From an uncultured Acidobacteriota bacterium (lineage in GTDB: Bacteria; Acidobacteriota; Thermoanaerobaculia; Multivoradales; UBA5704), in the NCBI GenBank assembly GCA_963799925.1, contig CAWCYZ010000004.1:1355170-1419169 (forward strand): a DNA stretch of 64,000 bases, read 5' to 3'. How positions within the stretch are numbered: position 1 is the first letter of the stretch; each line of letters starts with the position of its first letter. The notes beneath the pieces were generated by a model. That model made no database searches. It was not told the origin of the DNA and saw nothing but the letters and a program-made list of their open reading frames with translations. Below are positions 1-12,419 of this stretch, piece after piece. The position numbers and the translations under genes were made by a program.

Positions 1-3000
1 CCTCGGCGACCGCCGGATGCGCCGCGAGCGCCGCCTCGATCTCCCCCAGCTCGACGCGCACGCCGCGGACCTTCACCTGATGGTCGAGGCGGCCGAGGTA
101 GTCGAGGCTGCCGTCGGCCAGGAAGCGGGCGAGGTCGCCGGTCCGATAGAGCCGCCCGCCGGGGGGCGCCGCGAGCGGATCGGGCACGAAGCGCTCGGCC
201 GTCAGGTCCGGCCGCCGCCAGTAGCCGCGGCCCGGCGCCAGGCCGCCGATCGCGAGCTCGCCGGCGGCGCCGACGGGGACGGGCCGGAGCGAGGGGTCGA
301 GCAGGCGGATCTCGACGCCCGAGATCGGCCGGCCGATGGGCACGCTCCCCCCCTCGCCGTCGCCCGCCCCCTCGCGGCAATCCTGGAAGGTGACGTCGAC
401 CGCCGCCTCGGTGGGGCCGTAGAGGTTCCAGAGCGGCGCCGGATTCCGCTCGGCGAGGCGGCGCGCCAGCTCGCGCGGCAGCGCCTCGCCGCTCGCGACG
501 ACGCGGCGCAGCGCGGTGCAGGCTTCGACGCCCGGCGCGGCGAGGAAGGCCCGCAGCATCGACGGCACGAAGTGCACGGTGGTGATCCGCTCCTCGGCGA
601 CGAGGCGGGCGAGATAGGCCGCGTCCTGGTGGCCGCCCGGCCGGGCGAGGACCAGCCGCGCCCCGGCGAGGAGCGGCCAGAAGAGCTCCCAGACCGAGAC
701 GTCGAAGGAGATCGGCGTCTTCTGCAGCACCCGATCCTCGCCCGTGAGGCCGAACGCCTGCTGCATCCAGAGCAGCCGGTTGACGACGGCGCGATGGCTG
801 TTCATCGCCCCCTTGGGCTTACCCGTAGAGCCCGAGGTGTAGATGACGTAGGCGAGGTCGTCGGGATCGGCCGCCGGCAGCCGCGGCTCGGACCGGTCGT
901 CCGGTCGACCAGCCGGCCGAGCCTCCGGCTGAGCACCGGGGCGATCTGGCGCGTCGGCGAGGAGCGCCGCGAGGTCGAGCTCGATCACCGCCGCCACCGC
1001 CGCACCATGCGGCGGCAGGGCGCGCGCCGCGGCGCCGTGGGTCAGGAGCACACCGACCGCGGCGTCCTCGACCATGAAGGCCAGCCGCTCGGCGGGGTAC
1101 GCGGGGTCGAGCGGCACGTAGGCGGCGCCCGCGGCGAGGATGGCGACGAGCCCGACCATCAGCTCGAGCGAGCGCTCGGCGCAGAGGCCCACGAGGACGC
1201 CGGGTCCCACGCCGAGCCACCGAGGCCGGCGAGCCGCCGCGCCAGCCGCTCCGCCGCGTCGCCGAGCTGCCGATAGGTCAGCTCGTCGCCCGCCAAGGAG
1301 ACCGCGACCGCATTGGGCGTGCGCTCGATCTGCGCCGCGATCAGCCCGTAGAGGGTGGTCCCCCCGACCGTCCCCGCGAGCTCCGCGGGCAGGGCCGGGG
1401 TGTCGTTCCACTCGCGGAGCTGCTGCCGCTCGGCGGCGGAGAGGAGGGGCAGGTCGTCGAGCCTGCGCCCCGCCGCGGCGCCCTCCAGATCGACGACGGC
1501 GCCCGCGAGGAGGGCGGCAAACCGCTCGGCCAGGCGGGCGATCGTCGCCCGGTCGAAGAGGTCGGTCGAGTGCTCCCAGTAGCCGATGGCGCCGCCGTCC
1601 GCCTCGACGAGGCTCAGGGTCAGGTCGAGCTTCGCGGCGCGGCCGGCGAGCCGCAGGGGCTCGAGGGTCAGGCCGGGCAGGGCGAGAGCGCCGAGCGGGG
1701 CGTTCTGCAGGGCGAGCATCACCTGGACGAGCGGCGAGCGGGCGAGGTCGCGCGCCGGCGCCAGCGCCTCGACCAGCTTCTCGAACGGCAGCTCCTGATG
1801 GGCGTAGGCGGTGAGCGCCGTCTCCCGCAGCCGCGGCAGCAGGGTCGCCAGGGTGTCGTCCGCGGCGAGCTCGCCGCGGAGCACGAGGGTGTTGACGAAG
1901 AGGCCGATCAGCCCCTCGGTCTCGCCGCGCGTGCGGCCGGCGATGGGCGAGCCCACCGCGAGGTCGCGCTGCCCGGTGAGGCGGTAGAGCAGCACGTCGA
2001 AGGCGGCGAGGAGGAGCATGTAGAGCGTCACCCCGGAGCGCCGCGCCGCCGCCCCGAGGCCGCTCCACAGGGCCGGCGGCAGCGGGACGCCGAGCTCGGC
2101 GCCGCGGAAGCTCTGCACGGCGGGGCGCGGCCGGTCGGCCGGCAGCTCGAGCGCCTCGGGCAGGCCGGCGAGGACGGCGCGCCAGTGGGCGAGCTCGCCC
2201 GCCAGCACCTCCCCCGCCATCCAGCGCCGCTGCCACGCCGCGTAGTCGGCGTACTGGATGGGCAGCGCCGCGAGCGGTGCCTGCCGCCGGGGCCGCCGGT
2301 CGACCGCCGCCGCGTAGAGCGCGCCGAGCTCGTGGACGAGGATGCCCATGGACCAGCCGTCGGAGACGATGTGGTGCATCGTCACCACCAGCAGGTGATC
2401 GGCCGCCGACCGGCGCAGGAGGACGGTGCGGAGCAGCGGACCGCGCGCGAGGTCGAACGGCCGCTCCGCCTCGTCGGCTGCCAGGGCCGCCAGGGCCGCC
2501 TCGGCGCGCGCCGGCCGCCGCCGCCGGCCGCAGGCCGCTGAGGTCGGCCGCCAGGCCGCTGAGATCAACCCGCGGCAGCTCGGGGTCGGCCCCGGCGCCC
2601 GCCCGCTGGAACGGCCTGCCGCCGCTCGCCCCGTAGGTGGCGCCGAGGACCTCGTGGCGGCGGGCGATCTCGCGGAAGGCGGCGGCCAGGGCGGCGACCT
2701 CGAGCCCGCCGCGGAGGCGCACCGCGGCGGCGAGGTTGTAGGCGCTGCCGCCCGGAGCCAGGCGGTCGAGGAACCACAGGCGCTCCTGGGCGAAGGAGAG
2801 CGGCAGCGGCGTCCCGTCCGGAGGCCGCGGTGTCGGAGAGATCGGCGGCGGGATCGGCGCCCCGATCGAAGCGGGCGCGCCAGCGGCGGGCTCGCGGCGC
2901 GCCGCCTCCAGCCGCCGGGCGAGGCCGGCGACGGTCGGCGACTCGAAGAGCGCGCGGAGGGGGATCTCGACGCCGAGCGCCTCGCGGAGCCGCGACACCA

Positions 3001-6000
3001 GCCGCGTGGCGAGGAGCGAATGGCCGCCGGCGGCGAAGAAGTCGTCTTCGAGGCCGACCCGCGGCAGCCCGAGGACCTCGCTCCACAGGCCGGCGACGAG
3101 CTCCTCGATCGGCGTCCGCGGCGTCCGCGGCGTCCGCGGTCCCGCCGTCTCGCCGGCCCGCCACTCCGGCGCCGGCAGGCGCCGGAGGTCGAGCTTGCCG
3201 TGGGAGGTCAGCGGCAGCTCCGGCAGCGCGACGAAGGCCGCCGGGACCATGTAAGCGGGAAGGCGGAGGGCGAGGTGGGCGCGGAGATCCGCCGCGAGGT
3301 CCGGGGCGAGGGCGGCGGCATCGGGTAAATCCGCGGCGAGCGCCGCGGCAGGGCCGCCGTCCTGCCGCGGGACGACATAGGCCACCAGCCGCGGGCCCTC
3401 GCCATCTCCGGCCCCGGCCCCGGCCGCCGCCGCCACGACGGCCGCCACCGCGACCGCCGGGTGCTCGGCGAGCGCCGCCTCGACCTCGCCGGGCTCGATG
3501 CGGAAGCCGCGGATCTTCACCTGCTGGTCGAGGCGGCCGAGGAACTCGAGCTCGCCGGAGGCGAGGAAGCGCGCGCGGTCTCCCGAGCGCAGCCAGCGCC
3601 GGCCCTCCGCGGCGACGAACCTCTCCGCCGTCAGCTCCGCGCGGCCGAGGTACCCGCGCGCCACGCCGGCGCCGCCGATCCACAGCTCGCCGGCGACGCC
3701 GATGGGCTGCGGCCGGCCGCCGGCGTCGCGCACGCCGACCTCCACGTTGCCGAGGGGCCTGCCGAGGAGCGAGCGGGTCGGGGGCTCGCCCGGGCCGATC
3801 GTCCAGGAGGTGGCGAGGATCGTCGCCTCGGTCGGCCCGTAGAGGACGCGGATCGCCGCCGCCGGGAACGCCGCGCGCATCTCGCGGAGGAGGTCGAGCG
3901 GCACGGTGTCGCCGCCGACGAGGAGGGTCCGCAGGCCCGCCGCGGCGAACCCGCGGCTCCGCACTGCCGCGGCGAGGGCGCGGCGCCGCGCCGCCGCGGC
4001 GACCTGGCGCATCAGGGCCGGCACCGCGTGGAGATGGGTGAGCTCCGGGAGGCCGCCGACCAGGGCCTCGACGTCGAGCGCCGGCAGGAGAGGCACGAGG
4101 ACGGCCGAGCCGCCGGCGACGAGCGGCGCCAGCAGCTCGAAGAGGAAGATGTCGAAGGAGAACGGCGCCACGACGGCGCCGGCGTCGCCCGCGCGCCAGC
4201 CGAATTCGTCGCGGCTCGCCGCGAGCAGGTTGGCGAGGCTGCCGTGCTCGACGGCGACGCCCTTCGGCCGCCCCGTCGATCCCGAGGTGTAGATCACGTA
4301 GGCGAGGTCGGAGGGCGCCGGCAGTGCCGCGCCCTCCGGCGCGGCGAGCATCGGAAGCTCCGCGCCCTCCGGCGCGGCGGGCATCGGAAGCTCCGCGCCC
4401 TCCGGCGCGGCGGGCATCGGAAGCTCCGCGCTCTCCGGTGCGGAGGCCGCCGAGAGGTCCTCCGCGTCGTCGAGCGCCAGGGTGGCGGCGCCGTGCGCGG
4501 GGAGCGAGCGGAGGAGCGCCTCCTCGCCCACGACGACCGACGGCGCGGCGTCTCCCAGGACGAAGCGCAGGCGCTCGGCGGGATAGCCGGGATCGAGCGG
4601 CAGGAAGGCGCCGCCCGACTGGAAGATGGCGAGGAGGCCGGCGGCGAGGTCGGGCGACCGCTCGGCGCAGAGGCCGACGCGATCCCCCGGCCGCACGCCG
4701 AGCCGGCGGAGGCGCCGCGCCAGATGCCCCGCCCGCGCCGCGAGCGCCCCGTAGGTGACCGCCACGGCGCCGGAGCGCAAGGCGACGGCCGCCGGCGTCC
4801 GCGCCGCCTGGGCGGCGAAGAGGCCGACGACGGTCTCCGCCGCCGCGGATGGCCGGAACGAGCTGTCGCTCCACTCGACCACGAGCTGCGCCCGCTCCGC
4901 CGCGGAGAGGAGCGGCAGGTCGGCGGCGCGCCGGCCGGGCTCGGCGGCGAGCCCGGCGAGCCGGCGCGCCAGATGGCCCGCCAGGCGGTCGATCGTCGTC
5001 GCGTCGAACAGCTCGCGGCGGTAGCGCAGGCGGAGGACGAGGCCCTCTCCCGCCACCTCCTCCGCCTCGATCTCCAGCTCGAGCTTGGCGAGGCCGCCCG
5101 CCTCGGGCAGCCGCGCCGGCGCGAGGCCGGGGAGCGCCAGCCGCTCGGCGGGGGCGTTCTGCAAGGCGAAGAGCGCCTGCACGAGCGGCGCGCGGCCGAG
5201 CTCGCGCTCCGGCGCCAGCGCCTCGACCAGCCGCTCGAAGGGCAGCCGCTGGTGCGCGAAGGCGCCGAGGCTCGCCTCCCGCGCCCGTGCCACCAGCTCG
5301 GCTCCGGTGGGCTCGCCCGCGAGGTCGGCGCGCAGCACCAGGGTGTTGACGAAGAGGCCGATCAGCCCCTCGACGTCCAGCCGCCCGCGGTTGGCGACCG
5401 GCGTGCCGAGGAGGAGGTCGTCCTGCCCGCAGTGGGCGCCGAGGAGCGACTCGACGCCCGCCAGGAGCATCATGAAGAGCGTCGCCCCCTGGTCGCGCGC
5501 GAGCGCCTGGAGGTCGGCCGCCAGGGCGTCCGGCAGGGTCAGCCGGCGGAGGCCGCCGCGGAGGTCGGGGGCGGCCGTGCGCGGCCGGTCGGTGGGCAGG
5601 TCGAGGACGGCGGGCGCTCCCTCCAGGCGCTCGCGCCAGTAGGCGATCTGGCGCTCGAGCGCCGCGCCGGCGAGCTCGCGGCGCTCGCGGGCGGCGTGGT
5701 CGGCGTACTGGAGCGGCAGCTCCGGCAGGACGCCCGCCAGGCTGGCGGACTGGCGGCCGGATTGGTAACCAGGTTCGAGGGCGGCGCCGTAGAGCGCCGA
5801 CAGCTCGCGGACGAAGACGGCGATCGACCAGCCGTCGGCCGCGATGTGATGGAAGGTCGCGAGGAGGACGTGCTCCTCGTCCGCCAGACGGAGGAGCGCC
5901 GCGCGGAGCGGCGGCCCGGCCGCGAGGTCGAACGGGCGGAGCGCCTCGGCGGCGGCGAGCCGCGCCGCCTCGCCGGCGCGGCGGGACGGGGCGAGCGGCG

Positions 6001-9000
6001 CCAGGTCGACGACGGCGAGCCAACCCACGGGACGGGCGGCGACGACGGCGAGGGGCTGGCCGTCGCGCTCGCCGTAGGAGGTCCGCAGGATCTCGTGGCG
6101 CGCCGCGATCGCCGCCAGGCTCGCGGCGAGGGCGGGGACCGAGAGGCGGCCGCGCAGCTCGACCGCGGCGGGCAGGTTGTAGAGCGCGCTCCCCGGCTCC
6201 AGGCGGTCGAGGAACCAGAGCCGCTCCTGGGCGAAGGAGAGCGGCGCCTCGCCGACGCGGCGCTCCCCCCGCACCGGTGGCGCGTCGCCGCCGGCCCCTT
6301 CGACCCCATCGACCCCGTCCCCGGCGCGCGCCGCCCGCTCCACCGCGAGCGCCAGCGCCGCGACGGTCGGCGACTCGAAGAGAGCGCGGAGCGGCAGCTC
6401 GAGGCCGAGCTCGGCGCGCACCCGCGCGAGCGCCCGCGCGGCGAGGAGCGAATGGCCGCCCAGGGCGAAGAAGCTGTCGTGGATGCCCACCGCCGCGATC
6501 CCCAGCACCTCGCCGAAGATGGCGGCGAGGCGCGCCTCGAGCGGCGTCCGCGGCGCGACCGGGGGCGCTCCGTCGCTCCACTCCGGCTCCGGCAGCCGCC
6601 GGCGGTCGAGCTTGCCGTTGGGGGTCCGCGGCAGCTCGGGGAGGAGGACGACGGCGGCGGGCACCAGGTGCTGCGGCAGGCGCAGGGAGAGGTCCCGGCG
6701 GAGCGACTCGGCCGTCGCCGCGGAGCCCGGCTCGCCCCCGGGCGCGAGGACTGCGTAGGCGACGAGGCGCAGCTCGGCAGTACCCGGCGGGCCCGCCGGG
6801 CGCGCCACCACCGCCGCGGCGCCGACGCCGGGGAGGGCTTCGAGCGCCGCCTCGACCTCGCCGGGCTCGACGCGGAAGCCGTGGATCTTCACCTGGTGGT
6901 CGACGCGGCCGAGGAACTCGAGCTCGCCGTCCGGCCGCCAGCGGGCGAGGTCGCCGACGCGATAGAGGCGCCGGCCGGGGGCGGCGGCGAAGGGATCGGG
7001 GAGGAAGCGCTCGGCGGTCAGCTCGGGCCGGCCGAGGTAGCCGCGCGAGACGCTGCGGCCGCCGATCCACACCTCGCCGGCGACGCCGGCGGGCACCGGC
7101 GCGAGGCCCGGGCCGAGGAGGTGCACGCGGGAGCCGGCGATCGGCCGGCCGATGGTGGGCGCCGGCGGCTCGCCGCCGGCGGCGAGCGGCGCCGCCCACC
7201 AGGTCGAGCAGGTGGTGGCCTCCGATGGTCCGTAGAGGTTGACCAGGCGCGTCGCCCGCGTCCGCCGCCGGATCGCCTCGGCGAGGCTCGGAGTCAACGG
7301 CTCGCCGCCGAGGCTCACCGTCCGCACCGAGGCCGGCACCCGGCCGCCACCCACCAGCTCGGCCATCGCCGAGGGGACGGTGTCGACGAGGGTGACGCGA
7401 TCGGCGGCCGCCAGCTCGGGAAGCTCGAGGGCGCTCGCCGCGAGCACCACGGCGCCGCCGCTCGCGAGCGGCACGAAGATCTCGAAGATCGAGAGGTCGA
7501 AGCAGATCGAGGTGGCGGCGAGGACGCCCGCCAGCTCCTCGGCGGAGAAGACGCTCCGCGCCCACTCGACGAAGACGACGGCCGTCGCGTGCTCGATGGC
7601 GACGCCCTTCGGGCGGCCGGTCGAGCCCGAGGTGTAGATGACGTAGGCGAGGTTGCCGGGGAGCGGCCCGTGCTGGGCACCGGCAGCGAGGGTCGGCGGC
7701 GCCGCGGCGGCGGCTTCCGCCTCCTCGATCACGATCACCCGCAGGCCCTCCTCCGGCACCCGGCCGCGGAGCGCCGCCTGGGTGACGAGGACGGTCATGC
7801 CGCTGTCGGCGGCGGTGAAGGACAGGCGGTCGCGCGGATAGGCGGGATCGAGGGGGACGTAGGCGCCGCCCGCCGCGAGCACCGCCAGGAGGGCGACGAT
7901 CATCGCCGGCGTGCGCTCGAGGCAGATCCCGACGCGCACCTCGGGGCCGACCCCCGCGGCGCGGAGGACCGCCGAGAGGCCGGCGACCCGGCGGGCGAGC
8001 TCGCGGTAGGTCAGCTCCTCGCCGGCGGCGACGAGCGCCGTCGCCTCCGGCGTGCGCGCCGCCTGGAGGGCGAACAGCTCGTGCAGGCAGACCGCCTGGG
8101 GCGGCGCCTCGCCCTCGCCGCCGCCCCAGGCGGCGAGCTGCGCCCGCTCGGAGGGCGAGAGGAGGGGCAGCTCCCACACCCGCGCCGCGGGGTCCGCCGC
8201 CATGCCGTCGAGGAGCGCCGCGAAGTGCCCGAGGAGGCGCTCGGCGGTGGCGCCGTCGAAGAGGTCGGCGTTGAAGGTGAGCGCCGCGGCGAGGCCGGCC
8301 GGCTCGCCGCCCGCCGTCTCGCCCGGCAGGAGGCCGCAGGCGAGCGTCAGGTCGAGCTGGGCGCCGCGCGGGGCGAGCGGCAGCGGCGCCAGGCGAAGGC
8401 CGCCCAGATCTAGCTCGAGGCCGCCCAGCTCGAGGTCGAGGCTCCCGGTTCCTCCGGCAGCCCCCGCGGCGCCGAGCGCCAGCGCGGCGAGGCGCTCGCC
8501 GAGCGGCCCGCGGCCGCCCTGGAGCACCAGCATCGCCTGGAAGATCGGCGACCGCGAGGGATCGCGCTCGGCCGCCAGGCGCTCGGCGAGGAGCGGAAAG
8601 GGAAGCTCCTGATGGGCGAAGGCGGCGAGCGCCGTCCGCCGCGTGCGCGCCAGGAGCTCGGCGGCGCTGGGGTCGCCTGAGAGGTCGGCGGCGAGGACCA
8701 CCGGATTGACGAAGTAGCCGACAGCGCCGGCGAGCTCGGCCGTGCCGCGCCCGGAGGTCGGGGTGCCGAAGAGCGGCTCGTCCTGCCCGCTCGTCCGCGC
8801 GAGGAGGGCGCCGAAGCCGGCCGCCAGGGTGACGAAGAGGGTGGCGGACTCGGCGCGGCCGAGCTCGCGCAGGCGGCGGGTGAGATCGGCCGGCAGGCGG
8901 GCCGTCCGCCAGTCGCCGCGGAAGCTCTGCGCCTTGCCGCGTGGGTGGTCGGTGGGGAGCTCGAGCACCTGCGGCTTGTCGGCCAGCGCGGCGCGCCAGA

Positions 9001-11770
9001 AGGCGAGGAGGCGCTGGGTCTCGGCGTCGGTGGAGCGATGCGCCGTGGCGTAGGGGGGCCGCGGCGCCGGCGGCAGCGCGGCTTCGGCGGCTTCGGCGCC
9101 TGTCGGCGACGGCGGCTCTCCCCGCGCCGCGGTACAGCCGGGCGAGCTCGCCGAGGAGCACCTCGACGGACCAGAAGTCGGCGGCGATGTGATGGACGGC
9201 GAGCCACAGCACCGGCTCCCGGCGGCCCCGCGCGACGAGGCCGGCACGGAGGAGCGGCCCGGCGGCGAGGTCGAACGGCCGGTAGGCGCGATCGGCGAGG
9301 CGCCGCGCCAGCTCCTCGTCGCTCCAGGCGGCGCCGTCCTCCTCCAGCCATTCGACGGGCGGTCCGGCGATCGGCCGCGGCGCCGGCTCGCCGGCCGATT
9401 CCGCGAAGACCGTGGAGAGCGCCGGATGGCGCGCCGCGAGAGCGAGGAGCGCGGCATGGAGGGCGTCAACGTCGACGTCGCCCACGACGCGCGCCGCGCC
9501 GGCGAGCACGTAGGCGGCGCTCTCCGGCGCCAGGCGATCGAGGAGCCAGAGCGCGCGCTGGCCGGGCGAGACGGCCCCCGGCGCGCCGTCCTCAGCACCG
9601 GCTCCGGCGGCCGGCGGGTCGTCGGCCAGACGCCGCAGCACCTCGCCGGCGAGGTCGGCCGGCGTGGCGCCCTCGAGCAGCCAGGCCATGGGGAGGGCGA
9701 CGCCGAGCTCCGTCTCGACGACATGGGAGAGCTCGATCGCCTTGAGCGAGTCGAGGCCGCTCGCGGTCAACGGCCGGTCGTCTGCGAGCTGCCCGGAGGG
9801 AAGGCCGAGGATTCGCGCCAGCCGACCGCCGAGCACCGCGGCGAGCGCCGGCCGCCGCGCCTCGACCGGCACCGCGAGGAGCATCTCCCGCGCCGCGGGA
9901 AGGGCGGGCTCGTCCGCTTTCCGCTCGGCCGCCGGCGCCGGCTCGGCAGCTCTCTCCCCCCCGCCGGCCGGCCGGCGAGCTGGGAGGCCAGGCTGCCGTC
10001 GAGATAGGCGGCGCGACAGGCGCGGCGCTGTACCTTGCCGCTCGAGGTCTTGGGGACCGCGCCCTCACGCACCAGCAGGAGGTCGTAGAGCTGCGCCTCG
10101 TGCTCGGCGGCGACGGCGGCGCGCGCCGCGTCGGCGATCTCGCCCAGGTCTTTCGCGTGGCGGTCGACCTCCTGCACGACGACGAGCCGCTCGGCGCCGT
10201 CGAGGTCGGCGGCGAACGCCGCGCCGCAGCCCGGGCGCATCGAGCGATGGCTCGCCTCGACGGTGCGCTCGATGTCCTGCGGGTAGAGGTTCCTGCCGCG
10301 CAGGATGATGAGGTCCTTGAGGCGGCCGGTGACGAAGAGCCCGCCGGCGGCGTCGGCGAAGCCGAGGTCGCCGGTGCGGAGGTACGGCTCGCCGTCCCTG
10401 GTGCCCGCGGCGCCCGCGGCGGCCGGGTCCGCCGTCCGATCCGCGGCCCGATTCGCGGCCCGATTCGCGGCCGACACCAGCCGGCCGCCGAAGTCGCGCG
10501 CCGTCTCCTCGGGGCGCCGCCAGTAGCCGCCGGCGACGCTCGGCCCGCGCACCCAGATCTCGCCCACCTCGCCGGCGCCGAGCGGGCGGCGCGACTCGGG
10601 CTCGACGATCGCCACCTCCTGGCCGAGCCAGGCCGTGCCGCAGCCGACGAGCGTGCGCGCCGCCTCGCCGTCCGCGGCCGCGACGGCGCGCCCCTGCTCG
10701 AGCGGCGCCGCCGCGACGCTCGCGATCGGCGGCCCCGTCGAACCGCGGGGCGGCCCGGCGACGAAGAGGGTCGCTTCGGCCAGGCCGTAGCAGGGGTACC
10801 AGGCGCCGGCGCGGAAGCCCACCGGGCCGAAGCGCCGGGCGAAGCGCTCCAGGGTCTCGGCGCGCACCGGCTCGGCGCCGTTGAAGGCCACCTCCCAGCT
10901 CGCGAGGTCGAGCCGCGAGCGCTCCTCGTCGTCGATGCGGGAGGCGCAGAGCTCGTAGGCGAAGTTCGGGCCGCCCGAGGTCGTCGCCCGGTAGCGGCTG
11001 ATCGCCTGCAGCCAGCGCGCCGGCCGCTGCAGGAAGGCGACGGGCGACATCAGCACCGCCCGCGCGCCCAGGTAGAGGGGCTGCAGGACGCAGCCGATGA
11101 GGCCCATGTCGTGGTAGAGCGGCAGCCAGCCGACGACGACCGAGCGCACCGACTGGCCGAAGGCGCGGCGGATCATCTCCTCGTTGTGGAGGAGGTTGCG
11201 ATGGCTCACCATGACGCCCTTGGGCGCCGCGGTCGAGCCGGAGGTGTACTGCAGGAAGGCGAGGCTCTCGGCGGTGATCGCCGGCTGGCGCCAGGCGTCG
11301 GCCGCCGCCGGATCGAGGGCGTCCGTCGCCACCAGGGTCAGGGCGTCGAAGGCCGCCGCGCCCGGCCCCATCGCCCGCAGCTGGGGGAGGAGCGAGGACT
11401 CGGTGAGGGCGAAGCGCGGCCGGGCGTCGGCGGTGACGGCGAGGAGGCGAGGCAGGGTGCGGGCGGAGCGCGGCGGGTAGGCGGGCACGGCGACGACACC
11501 GGCATAGAGGCAGCCCAGGAAGGCGGCGACGAACTCGAGGCCGGGGGGATAGAGGAGGAGGGCGCGCTCGCCGGCGGCGCCCCGCGCCTGGAGGTGGGCG
11601 GCGATCGTCCGCGCCCGGCGATCGAGGTCGGCGAAGGTGAGCGTCGCCGCCTCCTCGCCCGCCGCGTCGAGGAAGGTGTAGGCCCTCGCCTCCGGGCTCT
11701 CCGCGGCGCGGGCGCGGAGCACCTCGACGAAGGTGGGAAGCGCCATCCGAGAGCTTGAAGAGGGAGTCAT
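1..11770 (-). CDS. FAAL-initiated NRPS, partial at the window start and interrupted by several frameshifts. Domain order FAAL-ACP-C-A-T-C-A-T-C-A(partial); lipopeptide-type loading module.
   Basis: FAAL segment is ORF 9767..11770, aa 1-590 ([47 protein letters not shown]). ACP (SGLDSLKAIEL) and the start of a C domain (HHIAADFWS) form the N-terminal ~300 aa of ORF 2565..9884; the rest of that ORF is off-frame. Hand translation of the reverse strand gives the A3 core LAYVIYTSGSTGRPK at 7607-7651 and 4262-4306, and LAYVIYTSGSTGKPK at 821-865. T-domain cores: FFALGGHSLL at 6449-6490 and FFAAGGHSLL at 3009-3052. C1 motifs: LSFAQERLWFLD at 2765-2806 and 6203-6235. GLIGLFVN at 5345-5371 and QRLLAFWRAAL near 9000. 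C-domain HHIVSDGWS lies in ORF 1159..2568. Frame changes occur near 9960 (C8 run), about 9085 (gcttcggcg duplicated), about 2540 (caggccgctgag duplicated) and about 1230. The true frame runs open to the window edge, so it is not in the ORF track. Confidence 0.85.
4328..4445 (-). repeat. In-frame 33-bp tandem repeat, about 3.3 copies, encoding AELPMPAAPEG repeats in the variable loop just upstream of the A3 core of NRPS module 2
   Basis: cgccctccggcgcggcg(a/g)gcatcggaagctccg occurs three times, at 4328-4360, 4361-4393 and 4394-4426, followed by a diverged partial copy. The equivalent position in module 1 (about 7690-7740) has no repeat. Confidence 0.75.
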
Positions 11771-12136
11771 TCAGCCGCGGCCCGAAGGCCTGTAAGTCTC
11801 GAGAAATGTTCTGTTTAGTAAGGGCAATCGACGTCTCTCGCCTCGCCAAGAGCACAGTGTCCAAAAGGAGTCAAACGTGACAGGGGCGGCCCGGTGGCGG
11901 GGGCGTCGCCCACCCCGGCCACGAGCTGCGAGTCTACGGCTGGACGGCGCGCGAGCGGCCGCTCGTCTGCGTCCCACCGACGGCTCGGGCTACGCCGCGG
12001 GCTCGCGCTTCGGCGGGACAGTGAGGCCGCCGTTCACGCTCAGCGAGCCCGACGGAGCCCCCCGCCTGGGGTCACCGGGGCGTCATGGATGTTGGAGCGA
12101 TGGACAACACTCCCCCGTGTTGTTATCATCTCCAAC

Positions 12137-12418
12137 ATGAAGGCCGAGCCGCTGTTCCGTGAGCGGCAAATCGTCGCCGCAGACGCGTTCGTGGAATTGG
12201 TGGTGTGGCAGGTTCCCAGGCCAGCGCCTGGCAGTGCGCACGGTTTCAAGTATCGGTTGGCTCTCGTGGTGAACGGCGTGTGTGTGCTGCGCTACGACAA
12301 CGAGGCGGGCAAGGGTGATCACAGGCACCTCGGTGGGGAGGAAGCTCCTTACTCTTTCACCACGCCGGCACAACTGCTCGCCGACTTCTGGAACGACGTG
12401 GACCCGTGGAGATCCTGA
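12137..12418 (+). CDS. DUF6516 / TumE-like small protein (putative toxin-antitoxin-like toxin component), 93 aa
   Basis: ATG at 12137 inside ORF 11894..12418. Sequence VVWQVPRPAPGSAHGFKYRLALVVNGVCVLRYDNEAGKGDHRHLGGEEAPYSFTTPAQLLADFWNDV resembles the conserved YDNE-GKGDHRH core of DUF6516/TumE proteins as I recall them. Stop codon lies 2 nt before the next gene. Local GC about 58-60% versus about 72% in the flanks. Confidence 0.5.
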   Translation: MKAEPLFRERQIVAADAFVELVVWQVPRPAPGSAHGFKYRLALVVNGVCVLRYDNEAGKGDHRHLGGEEAPYSFTTPAQLLADFWNDVDPWRS

Positions 12419-12419
12419 T

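Noticed and set aside
3461-8413. 1650-aa plus-strand ORF, with similar giant ORFs on the opposite strand of NRPS genes (26783..33313 -, 35461..39345 -, 55206..63827 -, 40410..42371 -, 13557..16064 -, 18717..23117 -)
   Set aside because: Their translations are low-complexity Arg/Gly/Pro/Ala-rich strings with no motifs. They are antisense or off-frame readings of real genes, and stay open only because stop codons are rare at 72% GC.
2565-9884. 2439-aa minus-strand ORF from the track, taken as one protein
   Set aside because: Only its first ~300 aa (ACP plus the start of a C domain) are in the true frame. Further on it reads LRHLHLGLDRPPEG, which is a +2 shift of AYVIYTSGSTGRPKG. The true frame downstream is the unreported open-ended frame that I translated by hand.
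11771-11977. 68-aa minus-strand ORF whose TGA overlaps the FAAL ATG (tgaATG), which would suggest a translationally coupled upstream gene
   Set aside because: The sequence is Arg-rich and low-complexity (MGRRRAAARAPSSRRLAARGRGGRRPRH...) and lies in the AT-richer promoter region; most likely spurious.
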